Position numbers and translations under genes: made by a program | From: a virus | Length of the DNA stretch: 21,444 bases | Direction: 5' to 3' (one strand) | UHGV virus genome: UHGV-1982450 | The notes under the pieces: model-generated | Databases searched by the model: none | The model's input: the letters and a program-made list of their open reading frames with translations, nothing else | Told to the model about the DNA's origin: nothing | In this document: piece after piece, positions 1 through 8,275 of the stretch | Numbering within the stretch: position 1 is the first letter of the stretch | Layout: each line of letters starts with the position of its first letter

Positions 1-35
1 AAGGCCTTTGAATAAGACAAAAGGCTGCCTCATCG

Positions 36-218
36 CTAACTTTGCAACAGTGCCCTTTTATCTCTCATAACCACCAGCGTCGATGCCGCCGGAGATTGGT
101 ATTTGAATATTCTGGCCTGCGGTGCTGGCTTTGCCTCAGAGACAGGAATAGGACGAGATTGACATGCAGTGATAAGTAACGCGGAGGCAGCAACCAGAGG
201 AAGTAATACGTGTTTCAT
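36..218 (-). CDS. Small putative lipoprotein. The ORF extends to 254, but an internal Met at 216-218 gives a signal peptide MKHVLLPLVAASALLITAC with lipobox LITAC.
   Basis: Basic n-region, hydrophobic h-region and L-I-T-A-C lipobox read from the translation. The upstream ATG at 252-254 lies inside a GC hairpin and has no Shine-Dalgarno. No recognisable homology. Confidence 0.45.
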   Translation of the reverse strand: MKHVLLPLVAASALLITACQSRPIPVSEAKPAPQARIFKYQSPAASTLVVMRDKRALLQS

Positions 219-277
219 TGTACCGAACAAAATCCTTATCTTTACGAAAATCATGGCGCCTCAAGGCGCCATAATGC

Positions 278-556
278 TCAATCGAGGCGTTTTAGAATAT
301 CGGCCAGATCTTCTTTGGTCATACCCGAGTTTTCGTAAATCTTCATGACCTTTTCACGAGCCTTTGCAGTAGTCTCTAATGACGTAGCTATCTTATCAAA
401 ATCACCCATCGTCATATTGGACAGCACCAGATTGATGATGTCTGCCTTTGACAGTTTTATGCTGCGTTCACGCAGTCGATTCTGAAAGGTCTCTAGTTTA
501 TCGTTTGCTTTTTCGGTTAACTGAACCTGGCAGTGTATAGCGCGTTTCTCGCTCAT
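278..556 (-). CDS. Hypothetical 92-aa protein, possibly a ribbon-helix-helix type DNA-binding protein
   Basis: Its start at 556 lies 3 nt from the helicase stop at 559, suggesting translational coupling. The predicted beta-alpha-alpha pattern is weak evidence only. Confidence 0.4.
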   Translation of the reverse strand: MSEKRAIHCQVQLTEKANDKLETFQNRLRERSIKLSKADIINLVLSNMTMGDFDKIATSLETTAKAREKVMKIYENSGMTKEDLADILKRLD

Positions 557-558
557 GC

Positions 559-2118
559 TTACTCTCTATTCAAAACAGTGAAATCGAATGTGCTGCCAAC
601 CGGCAAGACCCCCTCGGCAAACCCAGGCGTCGTGTCGATAATGTGTTTCCGCTCATATGAATGCGACATGAGGTATTTGTTGCTCACGTCGATGAAGTCG
701 GTAATAAAGCACACGTTAGCCTGATTCTTTTTGGCTCGAAGACCGCGACCCACACGTTGACGCATCTCCACTTCGGCTTTGCCGCCACCACCCAGAATCA
801 CCGCGCCTACGCTTGGAACGTCGACACCAACATCCAGAATGGTTGAACCAATGAGAACATCTATCTTGCCTGCCGCCAGACTATTAAGTTTTGCTTGTCG
901 GGTAGTCTGGTTTGATTCTCCGTAGATGAAATCGACCTTCAGGCCACTCTCTTTCATCATTTCCATCAAGATCTGACCATGACGCTTCAGACGAACCAAT
1001 GTCATACAGTTCAGACCGTGACTCTTGTACATTAGCGCTTCACGCACAATAGCTTCGTTGCGGCCCAGATTATAGACGATGCCTAACTGATAGGCTTTCT
1101 GGTAAGCCGTGCTCATTCCAACCCGAAAATTCAGGTGTTTTGAAGCAAGTTCGGCTCTAATCCGCGCCTCATCTGGAGTGTACGCGATTTTATGATATAA
1201 AAAGTATGGTTTCGCTAAAATACCTCTGTCGATCAAATATTTCTCCGTTACTTTTATCTCGATGCGACCCGCAACGGCCATGAGACGCATATTTGCTTCA
1301 GTCGAGTCCTTCATGAACGGCGTAGCTGTCAGCGCCAGACGGTAGTCGGCATTGATGCACAACCGGGCGATGTCGTAGAAGTTAGAACCAGATGATTCGT
1401 GTGCCTCTTCCAGAATCAGCAGAGAAACGCTGGACAGGAAGCGTTTAACCAGTTCCCGGCGCTTCAGGTGGTACTGTTTTTTCTCCGGTGATGCGTCGCG
1501 CGGTGGCTCTTCGAGAAAACTGGCCAGGGTCTGCACCGTGGCAACGTTGATATGGCGCGAGACCTGGAACTCACCCGATCCAATCACCCCAACTCTCTGA
1601 CCTTTCAGCCACGGCTCGCCATTCTCCGCGCGGTAGTCGATGGATTTCTGGAAGTTCTCTGCCATCTGGAACATCAGAACCGATCGCGTGGTTAAAAACA
1701 GCGTCATACGACCAATGCGAGCAGCAGCCTTACACGCTACGTTCGATTTACCGCCACCCGTCGCAATCTGGGCAATCATCATCCCTTCGCGCACCAGTGT
1801 TTCCACTGTCTGATCCTGATACGCGTAGTCCGGGTTATACGGGAATGGGTTAACCACCGGATTCGGCTTACCCAGCGCGGGAGCTTTTTCCTTGCGAACA
1901 TGCACGCATTTGATGCCAGCTTTCAGAAGATTGGTCGCAACTGGCTTCGCAAACCCAGCCGGGAACGCGTTTTTACTCCAGTTGAACATCGTGCTGGTCC
2001 CTTTCCAGTCACCAGCCTCCACTTCATAGCTCAACATCTCCTGAACAAGCCGTTTCACGTTGTCATCAGCGCCAGAAATCAGCGCATTGACTGCATTTGA
2101 TACAATCCGAACAGTCAT
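559..2118 (-). CDS. Superfamily-2 DEAD/DEAH-box-like ATP-dependent helicase
   Basis: Walker A ATGGGKS, DEAH-like motif II LILEEAHESS, motif III LTATPF, and arginine-finger motif VI RQRVGRGLR in the 519-aa translation. Confidence 0.85.
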   Translation of the reverse strand: MTVRIVSNAVNALISGADDNVKRLVQEMLSYEVEAGDWKGTSTMFNWSKNAFPAGFAKPVATNLLKAGIKCVHVRKEKAPALGKPNPVVNPFPYNPDYAYQDQTVETLVREGMMIAQIATGGGKSNVACKAAARIGRMTLFLTTRSVLMFQMAENFQKSIDYRAENGEPWLKGQRVGVIGSGEFQVSRHINVATVQTLASFLEEPPRDASPEKKQYHLKRRELVKRFLSSVSLLILEEAHESSGSNFYDIARLCINADYRLALTATPFMKDSTEANMRLMAVAGRIEIKVTEKYLIDRGILAKPYFLYHKIAYTPDEARIRAELASKHLNFRVGMSTAYQKAYQLGIVYNLGRNEAIVREALMYKSHGLNCMTLVRLKRHGQILMEMMKESGLKVDFIYGESNQTTRQAKLNSLAAGKIDVLIGSTILDVGVDVPSVGAVILGGGGKAEVEMRQRVGRGLRAKKNQANVCFITDFIDVSNKYLMSHSYERKHIIDTTPGFAEGVLPVGSTFDFTVLNRE

Positions 2119-2182
2119 AAACCTCTTTCCTTCGTGCCTTTTGTATGGTAATTGGCTATTATGTTAAGTAAGTGCTTACACA

Positions 2183-2611
2183 ATGTATCGTATCAAAAAT
2201 ATGGATGTGAAAATTACGATTCTACAGGTGGAAGTCGCGAACCTGCGTCCGAACCCCTGGAATACCAACTCCGTTGGGGCGCAAAACTTCGAAAAACTGA
2301 AAGGTTCCATCGAAAAGTTGGGCTTTTTTAAGCCAATTCTGGCGCGAGAGCTGGACGGCGGCATTTTTGAGATTCTCGGTGGCGAACATCGCTGGCGTGC
2401 CGCGATGGAGCAGGGCATTTCAACGGTTCCCGTCATCTCCGTGGGCAAAATTAACGACCTGGTGGCCAAACAGATGTTCCTCGTCGACAACGAGCGCTAC
2501 GGCGAAGACGATCAGGTCGCTTTGCAGCGCTTAATCGAAGAAATCCAGTCTGAAATCGACTACCGGTTACCCGAAACTGCTGCTGGCGCCTCGCCATCGC
2601 ATGTTTCCTAA
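2183..2611 (+). CDS. ParB-like nuclease domain (ParB/Srx fold) protein
   Basis: ParB N-terminal domain signature FEILGGEHRWRAA with the surrounding conserved hydrophobic pattern. Confidence 0.75.
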   Translation: MYRIKNMDVKITILQVEVANLRPNPWNTNSVGAQNFEKLKGSIEKLGFFKPILARELDGGIFEILGGEHRWRAAMEQGISTVPVISVGKINDLVAKQMFLVDNERYGEDDQVALQRLIEEIQSEIDYRLPETAAGASPSHVS

Positions 2612-3251
2612 GCTGAAGCCAACCACCAATACCACCGTGGCCAACCAGTATTGGGGGCGGTACGTGAACAACAACTTTGCGGTGATCAGCCGTTCCGTTG
2701 TGGACACTCAGTACCGCGGTGTCGGCGTCTCCTATCGAATGATTAACCTGGTTAGCAGGATGCACGACCGGCCAATCATCGAGATCCAGTCGTCGATGAG
2801 CAAATACAACCCGTTCGCCATGAAAGCAGGGTTCCAGTTCATCCGTCCGGAGCGTCCGAAGAGCTATGAGAGTGCGTTGCGCGTCTTCCAGCGTCATTTC
2901 CGTTCCGACCCTGGCGACAACGAAGCGATCGTCAAAGAGCTGTTTGCCATGAGTGAGTCTCGCCGTCGTCGTGCGCTGCGTGATCTGGTCGCTGACTACC
3001 ACAAGAACAGTTCCCTGGCCAAAGCCGGGCGTAATCGTGGCACGACGATTCAGGACATTGCCGACAGCCTGGTGGACGAGGCCAGCATCGTGAAGCTGCT
3101 CAAGGACATTCACAACCTGAGCTTCACGTCTCCGCTGTATGGCGTGTACCGAAACCCGGACTTTGGTCGTCAGCTGCCGGACACGCTGCCACTGCTGGCA
3201 TTCGACAAACAGCCTTTGAATAAACCTCTTGAAATTGCATTACCGGCATAA
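2601..3251 (+). CDS. Hypothetical protein; the N-terminal part carries a GNAT-like motif A/B pattern (QYRGVGVSYRMINLV ... NPFAMKAGFQF)
   Basis: 216-aa ORF overlapping the ParB-like ORF by 11 nt in a different frame. Frame 0 is open only from 2535, so it cannot extend further upstream. No good Shine-Dalgarno before 2601. Confidence 0.5.
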   Translation: MFPKLKPTTNTTVANQYWGRYVNNNFAVISRSVVDTQYRGVGVSYRMINLVSRMHDRPIIEIQSSMSKYNPFAMKAGFQFIRPERPKSYESALRVFQRHFRSDPGDNEAIVKELFAMSESRRRRALRDLVADYHKNSSLAKAGRNRGTTIQDIADSLVDEASIVKLLKDIHNLSFTSPLYGVYRNPDFGRQLPDTLPLLAFDKQPLNKPLEIALPA

Positions 3252-3260
3252 GGATTTGCC

Positions 3261-3527
3261 ATGACGTTGACCGACAAACAAAAAGACATCATCAAAACCA
3301 TCAATTTAGGCCATGAGCGTGGGCATCTGCTCGATCTGGACGAGCTGCTTGAAGTGCTGCCGTACAAAACGACCAAACAGAGTATGCAGTTCTCTATCCG
3401 CGCACTGGTGAAAAAGGGGCTGGTGGAGAAAGGAATGTGCCGCCAGCGCGGTGATTCCGGCTACCACCGTCGCACGCTGGGACTGACCACGTTAGGTCGT
3501 GCCAGAGCCAAATTACTGGTGATGTAA
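3261..3527 (+). CDS. Hypothetical small protein, possible winged-helix DNA-binding protein
   Basis: Shine-Dalgarno AAGGA 6-7 nt upstream of the ATG. Helix-turn-wing pattern LVKKGLVEK; weak. Confidence 0.45.
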   Translation: MTLTDKQKDIIKTINLGHERGHLLDLDELLEVLPYKTTKQSMQFSIRALVKKGLVEKGMCRQRGDSGYHRRTLGLTTLGRARAKLLVM

Positions 3528-3548
3528 GTCGGTCTGGGAGCCAGTTTG

Positions 3549-3611
3549 AGAGCCTGCTTCCGTATATATAAATACTAAGTGACTTATTAAATATATACGG
3601 AAGCAGGCTCT
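3549..3611. repeat. Perfect 21-bp inverted repeat (arms 3549-3569 and 3591-3611) around a 21-nt AT-rich spacer; a degenerate copy lies at 11519-11570
   Basis: AGAGCCTGCTTCCGTATATAT ... ATATATACGGAAGCAGGCTCT read directly. Intergenic, upstream of the terminase small subunit gene. No downstream U-tract. Confidence 0.8.
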
Positions 3612-3641
3612 GAATACTCCCCAGCCCGGTTTTAAACACCC

Positions 3642-3682
3642 AGAAAACAAATTGGTTAGGCACTGAATTAAACAAGTTGTTT
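3642..3682. promoter_or_regulatory. Two adjacent copies of a dyad motif AGAAAACAA(A/G)TTG(T/G)TT (3642-3657 and 3668-3682), 41 bp upstream of terS
   Basis: AAACAA-N-TTGTTT palindrome; the same motif recurs upstream of the parA-like and DnaB-like genes. Confidence 0.4.
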
Positions 3683-3722
3683 AGGAGCGCAAGGATGCGC
3701 TCTGAGTGTTTTAGAGGGATCT

Positions 3723-4364
3723 ATGACTATAGAAAAAGACGAGAGCAAAACTCGCCTGACACCAGCTGAGTGGGCAGAAGCCGAAGCGAAGTGGACTTCC
3801 GGCGAATACACACTCTCCAAGCTGGAGGAAGAGTACGGCATTCGTCGTGAAACGCTCTCCAGACATTTCAAAAAGCGTGGATTAGAGAAAGGCGCGGACT
3901 CCGTTGGGAAGATGGTGCGCGAGTCGCTCAAATCCGACGCAGAGCTGCGTGCGAAGGCGCGTGCAGAGAAAATCGAAGAGCGCCGGACTCGTTACGACGA
4001 TTGGGCGTTCGCACTCGGTCGTATGGTGATGCATGAGGTGGCCATAGCCAAGAAGGACGGCAGGCCACTGGCAGCCATCGAAGATGACCTGAAGAGTCTC
4101 CAGCGTGCCAGCGGCACACTCGCTAAGTGCTTCGAAATATCGTCGAAAGCGCTCGGTATGGATCGCGTGGAGAACGAGGACGACGAAATCCCGAACCTGG
4201 TATTTGGCGAACTTACGCCTTCCCAGGTGGCGCAGCTGCGTAAGGAAGATGATGAGCCGGATCTGATTGATGACGATCTGCTTGAGTCACTCGAAGAGGA
4301 AGCACTGAGCGAAGCTGAGGGCGATTCTGAAGCGTCTGGTGATGAAAGTGATGGGAGCGTCTGA
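3723..4364 (+). CDS. terS: Terminase small subunit (putative)
   Basis: Lies immediately upstream of the terminase large subunit with a 2-nt gap. HTH-like N-terminus, central helical region and strongly acidic C-terminal tail. Shine-Dalgarno GAGGG before the ATG. The call rests mainly on position and architecture. Confidence 0.65.
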   Translation: MTIEKDESKTRLTPAEWAEAEAKWTSGEYTLSKLEEEYGIRRETLSRHFKKRGLEKGADSVGKMVRESLKSDAELRAKARAEKIEERRTRYDDWAFALGRMVMHEVAIAKKDGRPLAAIEDDLKSLQRASGTLAKCFEISSKALGMDRVENEDDEIPNLVFGELTPSQVAQLRKEDDEPDLIDDDLLESLEEEALSEAEGDSEASGDESDGSV

Positions 4365-4366
4365 CT

Positions 4367-5623
4367 ATGGCCATCCCGTCGTCTCTGAGTCTCGTACAGC
4401 TGCATTCTGGGCAGATGCAAGTCTTCCAGTCGCCACATCGTTTCAAAGTGGTGTGTGCGGGTCGACGCTGGGGTAAATCCCGGTTGTCGATCTCCACCAT
4501 CATCCGCGCGGCAGCCAAAGAGAAGAAGCAACGTGTCTGGTATGTCGCACCGACTTACCAGATGGCTCGCCAGATCTTGTGGGATGACCTGCAGGAAGTT
4601 CTGCCGCGCAAATGGGTTCGTAAGAAAAACGACACCACGATGACCATCGTGCTGAAGAACGGCTCTGAAATCGCGCTGAAAGGTGCGGATAAGCCCGATA
4701 CGCTTCGTGGTGTGGCACTGCACTTTGTGGTGCTCGATGAATTTCAGGATATGAAGCCTGACACCTGGTACAAGGTACTGCGTCCGACACTGTCCTCCAC
4801 CCGTGGCGGTGCGCTGATCATCGGTACGCCAAAAGGCTTCTCCGAGTTCCACAAGCTGTGGACTATCGGTCAGAACAAAGATTTGCAACGCAAGGGGCAG
4901 TGGAAGAGCTGGCAGTTCGTTACGGCCGATTCTCCGTTCGTACCGAGCGCGGAAATCGAAGCAGCGAAGAACGATATGGACCCTAAATCGTTCGCACAGG
5001 AATACCTGGCCAGCTTCGAAAACATGTCCGGACGCGTTTACTACCCGTTCGACCGCAATGTGCATGTGAAGCCACTCCAGTTCAATCCGAAACTGCCGAT
5101 CTGGGTTGGTCAGGACTTCAACATCGACCCTATGTCATCGGTCATCCTGCAACCGCAGCCAAATGGTGAACTGTGGGCTGTGGACGAATTGGTGTTGTTC
5201 TCTTCTAACACGGCTGAAGTGTGTGACGAGCTGGAGCGTCGATACTGGCGCTGGAAATCTCAGGTCACTATCTTTCCTGACCCGGCAGGTGCGTATCGCC
5301 AGCACGCACGCGGCGAATCTGACGTCGACATCTTCAAAGAGAAAGGTTTCCTTCGAGTCGATTATCCGAAGAAGCACCCGCCGATCGCAGACCGTGTTAA
5401 CGCAGTGAACCGCATGTTGATGAGTGCCTCGGGCGAAACCCGGTTGTACATCGATCCGAAGTGCAAACACCTCATCGACTCGCTGGAGAAGGTGATCTAC
5501 AAGCCAGGCTCACGCGATATGGATAAGACTGGCGGCATCGAACACAGTGCGGATGCGTTGGGTTATCCGGTTCATCGTAGGTATCCGGTGAAAAATCGTG
5601 TTATTCTTGGTGGATCTAGATAG
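4367..5623 (+). CDS. terL: Terminase large subunit (ATPase plus nuclease)
   Basis: Walker A-like VVCAGRRWGKS, Walker B-like FVVLDEFQD, and a C-terminal nuclease region with the VGQDFNIDPMS acidic motif. Confidence 0.9.
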   Translation: MAIPSSLSLVQLHSGQMQVFQSPHRFKVVCAGRRWGKSRLSISTIIRAAAKEKKQRVWYVAPTYQMARQILWDDLQEVLPRKWVRKKNDTTMTIVLKNGSEIALKGADKPDTLRGVALHFVVLDEFQDMKPDTWYKVLRPTLSSTRGGALIIGTPKGFSEFHKLWTIGQNKDLQRKGQWKSWQFVTADSPFVPSAEIEAAKNDMDPKSFAQEYLASFENMSGRVYYPFDRNVHVKPLQFNPKLPIWVGQDFNIDPMSSVILQPQPNGELWAVDELVLFSSNTAEVCDELERRYWRWKSQVTIFPDPAGAYRQHARGESDVDIFKEKGFLRVDYPKKHPPIADRVNAVNRMLMSASGETRLYIDPKCKHLIDSLEKVIYKPGSRDMDKTGGIEHSADALGYPVHRRYPVKNRVILGGSR

Positions 5624-5638
5624 GTAAGTACTTACCTA
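5621..5638. promoter_or_regulatory. 18-bp perfect palindrome TAGGTAAGTACTTACCTA spanning the terL stop codon, 19 nt before the portal start
   Basis: Read directly. A related sequence TAGATAAGTAAGTACATACCTA occurs at 11654-11675 upstream of the ORF starting at 11689. Confidence 0.4.
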
Positions 5639-5656
5639 AGTGGAAAGGAAAATCAA

Positions 5657-7231
5657 ATGGAATTGACTGACAAGCAAATCAAAGACCTTGTGGCACGACG
5701 CCACCCTGAATATGAGAAGAAAAAAGAACATTGGGACTTCCTCGCCAGCACCTACGCTGGCGGGCGTGCCTGGTTCAACGACAATATCTTCCGTTACTTC
5801 AAAGAGGGCGATCAGGAGTTCAAAGAGCGCCTGGAACGCGCTTATCGCTTCAACCATACGCGCGAAGTGGTAAACCTCATCAACAAATACCTCTTCAAAG
5901 AGGTCATTCACCGCAACACTGATGAAGCACCGGAGCAGATCCGCAATTTCTGGAAGCGAGCCACGCGCCAGAACGCCTCCATCGATGCGTTTATGGCGGC
6001 TATCGATCTGCAATCATCCATTTATGGCCGTATCTGGGTTGTCGTGGATAGCACGATGAACGTCGATGTTGAGTCTGTTGCAGACGAGAAGAAAAATGAT
6101 GCGCGTGCCTACGCTTACTGGATTTCGCCGCAGCAGCTGCTTGATGTTGCCTGGGATGAAGACGGCAATATGTTGTGGGCGCTGATTGTTGAAATCGCGC
6201 GCGACGACGAAGATCCGTTCACTTCAACCGGGCAGGAATACCAGCGTTACCGTCTGTGGACGCAAAACGAGTGGTATCTGTTCCGTGAAGAAGTGAAGAA
6301 GGGTTCCGGAAATAGCGGTCGCCGTCAGGCCAAAGTCGTTCTGGAGGATAGCGGCCAGCATAATCTGGGCGTGGTGCCGGTGTTCCCGGTGGATTGCATT
6401 GGTGAAAGCGAGTCTCCGTATTTTAGCCCGTCGTTGATTGACGATATTGCCTATCTTGATCGCGCCGTGGCCAACTACCTGTCGAACCTTGACGCGATTA
6501 TTCAGGATCAGACATTCAGCCAGTTAGCGATTCCGGTTCAGTCCCTGCTGCCGGGCGATGAAAACCACACCAAAGTGCTCGAAATGGGGACAAAACGTGT
6601 CTTCACCTTCGATTCTGAGAGCGGTAATCAGCCATTCTATCTGTCTCCAGACCCGAAACAGGCTCAGATGATCATCACCACGATTAAGACGGTGATTAAT
6701 GAGATCTACCATTCCGTTGGTGTGGCTGGTGAGCGAACCAAGCAGGATAACGCGCAGGGTATCGACAACTCTTCGGGGGCAGCGAAGATGTACGACTTCC
6801 AACGTATTAACAGTCTGTTGGTGACAAAAGCAGAGCGCCTCGAAAGGGCAGAACGCCAAATGATGGAGTTGGCTGCGAAATGGATGGGCATCGAATTGGA
6901 TGAAGACCACTCTCTGATCGCTTACCCGGAGAGTTTCGATATTCGTGGTCTGACTGACGAATTTGCCGTCGCTGAGAAATTGTCGCTGTTACAGGCGCCT
7001 GATTCTGTACGTCGTCATCAGATGGAAATGCTCATAGAAAAGATCTTCCCGAATATTTCCGAAGCGATGCAAAAGGAATTTAAAAAAGATCTCTTGAAAT
7101 TTCCTCTAAAAAATGCTCCTGGCGCCCTTGAAAATAAGTCAGTACTTACTTATGATTGCGATACAGTCCAAGAAAGCGGACAAGATCAACCCCGAGGGAA
7201 TGGGGACTCATCTACTCAAGAGACCGAGTGA
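5657..7231 (+). CDS. Portal protein (putative)
   Basis: 524-aa protein immediately downstream of terL with a strong Shine-Dalgarno (AAAGGAAAA). Size and acidic C-terminus are typical of portals. Called mainly on synteny. Confidence 0.7.
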   Translation: MELTDKQIKDLVARRHPEYEKKKEHWDFLASTYAGGRAWFNDNIFRYFKEGDQEFKERLERAYRFNHTREVVNLINKYLFKEVIHRNTDEAPEQIRNFWKRATRQNASIDAFMAAIDLQSSIYGRIWVVVDSTMNVDVESVADEKKNDARAYAYWISPQQLLDVAWDEDGNMLWALIVEIARDDEDPFTSTGQEYQRYRLWTQNEWYLFREEVKKGSGNSGRRQAKVVLEDSGQHNLGVVPVFPVDCIGESESPYFSPSLIDDIAYLDRAVANYLSNLDAIIQDQTFSQLAIPVQSLLPGDENHTKVLEMGTKRVFTFDSESGNQPFYLSPDPKQAQMIITTIKTVINEIYHSVGVAGERTKQDNAQGIDNSSGAAKMYDFQRINSLLVTKAERLERAERQMMELAAKWMGIELDEDHSLIAYPESFDIRGLTDEFAVAEKLSLLQAPDSVRRHQMEMLIEKIFPNISEAMQKEFKKDLLKFPLKNAPGALENKSVLTYDCDTVQESGQDQPRGNGDSSTQETE

Positions 7232-7253
7232 TAAGTAACGAAAAGGTATTTCT

Positions 7254-8021
7254 ATGAATCTGTGGCAAATGCTTATGGCCCGTCGTGGCCTGATGGATGT
7301 AGCCGAAGCGCATGAGCGCGGCGGCGCTGGTGGCGGTGCTCCTGCTGGAGACAATGAGCAGAGCATTCAAGACCCAGGCAAACAGGGCGAGCAAAAAGAG
7401 CAACCGAAGGGTGACGACGATGAGTATGCCGGTATGACTCAGGAAGAGTTGCTGGCAGAACTGCGTAAGTCTAAGAAAGCCGGTGCTGATCTGTTGAAAG
7501 AGAACATGAAGCGCAAGGAGAAAGAGCGCACATTGGCCGATCAGCTGGCTCAGTACGGTGATATTGACCCGACGCGTGCTCGTCAGCTTCTCGAAGCTGA
7601 ACAAGCCGCAGAAACCGCACGTCGGGAGGCGGAGCAGGCTGAACTGGAACGTCGTGGTGAGTTCGATGCTGTGAAAAAGCAGATGATCGAAGCACACCAG
7701 ACTGAACTGGCACAGCGCGACGAACGCTACTCCGCTCTGGAGAGCGAGAACGCCGCACTGAAGGCTCAACTGGTCGAAATGACTGTTGGTGTTTCCTTCA
7801 GCAGTTCTGCTTTCCTGCGTGACAAAGTTCTGATGACTCCGGCTATTGGCCTTGCACAAATTGCTGACGTTATGCCTCAAGTTTCTGCCGCAATGGATAA
7901 AGCGCAAGGCAATATCTCCAGTGGAGATACGGTACGCATCATCTTTGGCGTAGCTACCATTCTTGTGGCAGCATTCATTGCCTGGTCCCAGGTTCGCAAG
8001 CACCAGAAAGGATTAGTGTAA
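7254..8021 (+). CDS. Coiled-coil protein with a C-terminal transmembrane anchor (possibly scaffold- or lysis-related; function unknown)
   Basis: Long charged heptad-rich helical region (EAEQAAETARREAEQAELERR) and a C-terminal hydrophobic helix IIFGVATILVAAFIAW. Confidence 0.5.
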   Translation: MNLWQMLMARRGLMDVAEAHERGGAGGGAPAGDNEQSIQDPGKQGEQKEQPKGDDDEYAGMTQEELLAELRKSKKAGADLLKENMKRKEKERTLADQLAQYGDIDPTRARQLLEAEQAAETARREAEQAELERRGEFDAVKKQMIEAHQTELAQRDERYSALESENAALKAQLVEMTVGVSFSSSAFLRDKVLMTPAIGLAQIADVMPQVSAAMDKAQGNISSGDTVRIIFGVATILVAAFIAWSQVRKHQKGLV

Positions 8022-8023
8022 GT

Positions 8024-8275
8024 ATGTTCGACGGCCTGTTGTTCAAAATGAAATCCGCTTTGTTCACTCTGGCCGCCGTCATTCTAGTCCTTGTCGGCGC
8101 ATACTCCTATGGCGGGTATATGGCCAGACGCAGTATGGAAGAGAAAGAACGGCGGGAAGATAACAAGCGTCTTCAAAGCACAGTGGAAGTGGTGAATGAG
8201 ACGAACAGTGAAATACGTCAGAAAGATGCTTCTGCCATTCATCGTGAGCTGCATGATAAGTGGGTGCGTAATTAA
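8024..8275 (+). CDS. Putative i-spanin-like protein (Rz-like: N-terminal TM helix plus short periplasmic coiled coil)
   Basis: N-terminal TM helix ALFTLAAVILVLVGAY followed by a charged helical segment. Its 3' end overlaps a lipoprotein ORF in another frame. Confidence 0.4.
   Translation: MFDGLLFKMKSALFTLAAVILVLVGAYSYGGYMARRSMEEKERREDNKRLQSTVEVVNETNSEIRQKDASAIHRELHDKWVRN

Noticed and set aside
168-181. Exact 14-nt repeat AGTGATAAGTAACG at 168-181 and 7227-7240
   Set aside because: A single exact 14-mer pair is roughly what chance predicts in about 21 kb on two strands, and one copy is inside a coding region; not treated as a functional repeat.
2451-3113. 220-aa minus-strand ORF antisense to the ParB-like and following genes
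   Set aside because: Antisense shadow ORF with an Arg-rich low-complexity translation; the sense-strand genes carry real motifs.
3992-5065. 357-aa minus-strand ORF antisense to terS and terL
   Set aside because: Shadow ORF entirely within well-supported plus-strand genes; low-complexity Ser/Arg-rich translation and no recognisable motifs.
7212-8003. 263-aa minus-strand ORF antisense to the 7254-8021 gene
   Set aside because: Overlaps a sense ORF with a good Shine-Dalgarno and coherent coiled-coil/TM architecture; the antisense translation is Cys/Leu-rich with no motif.
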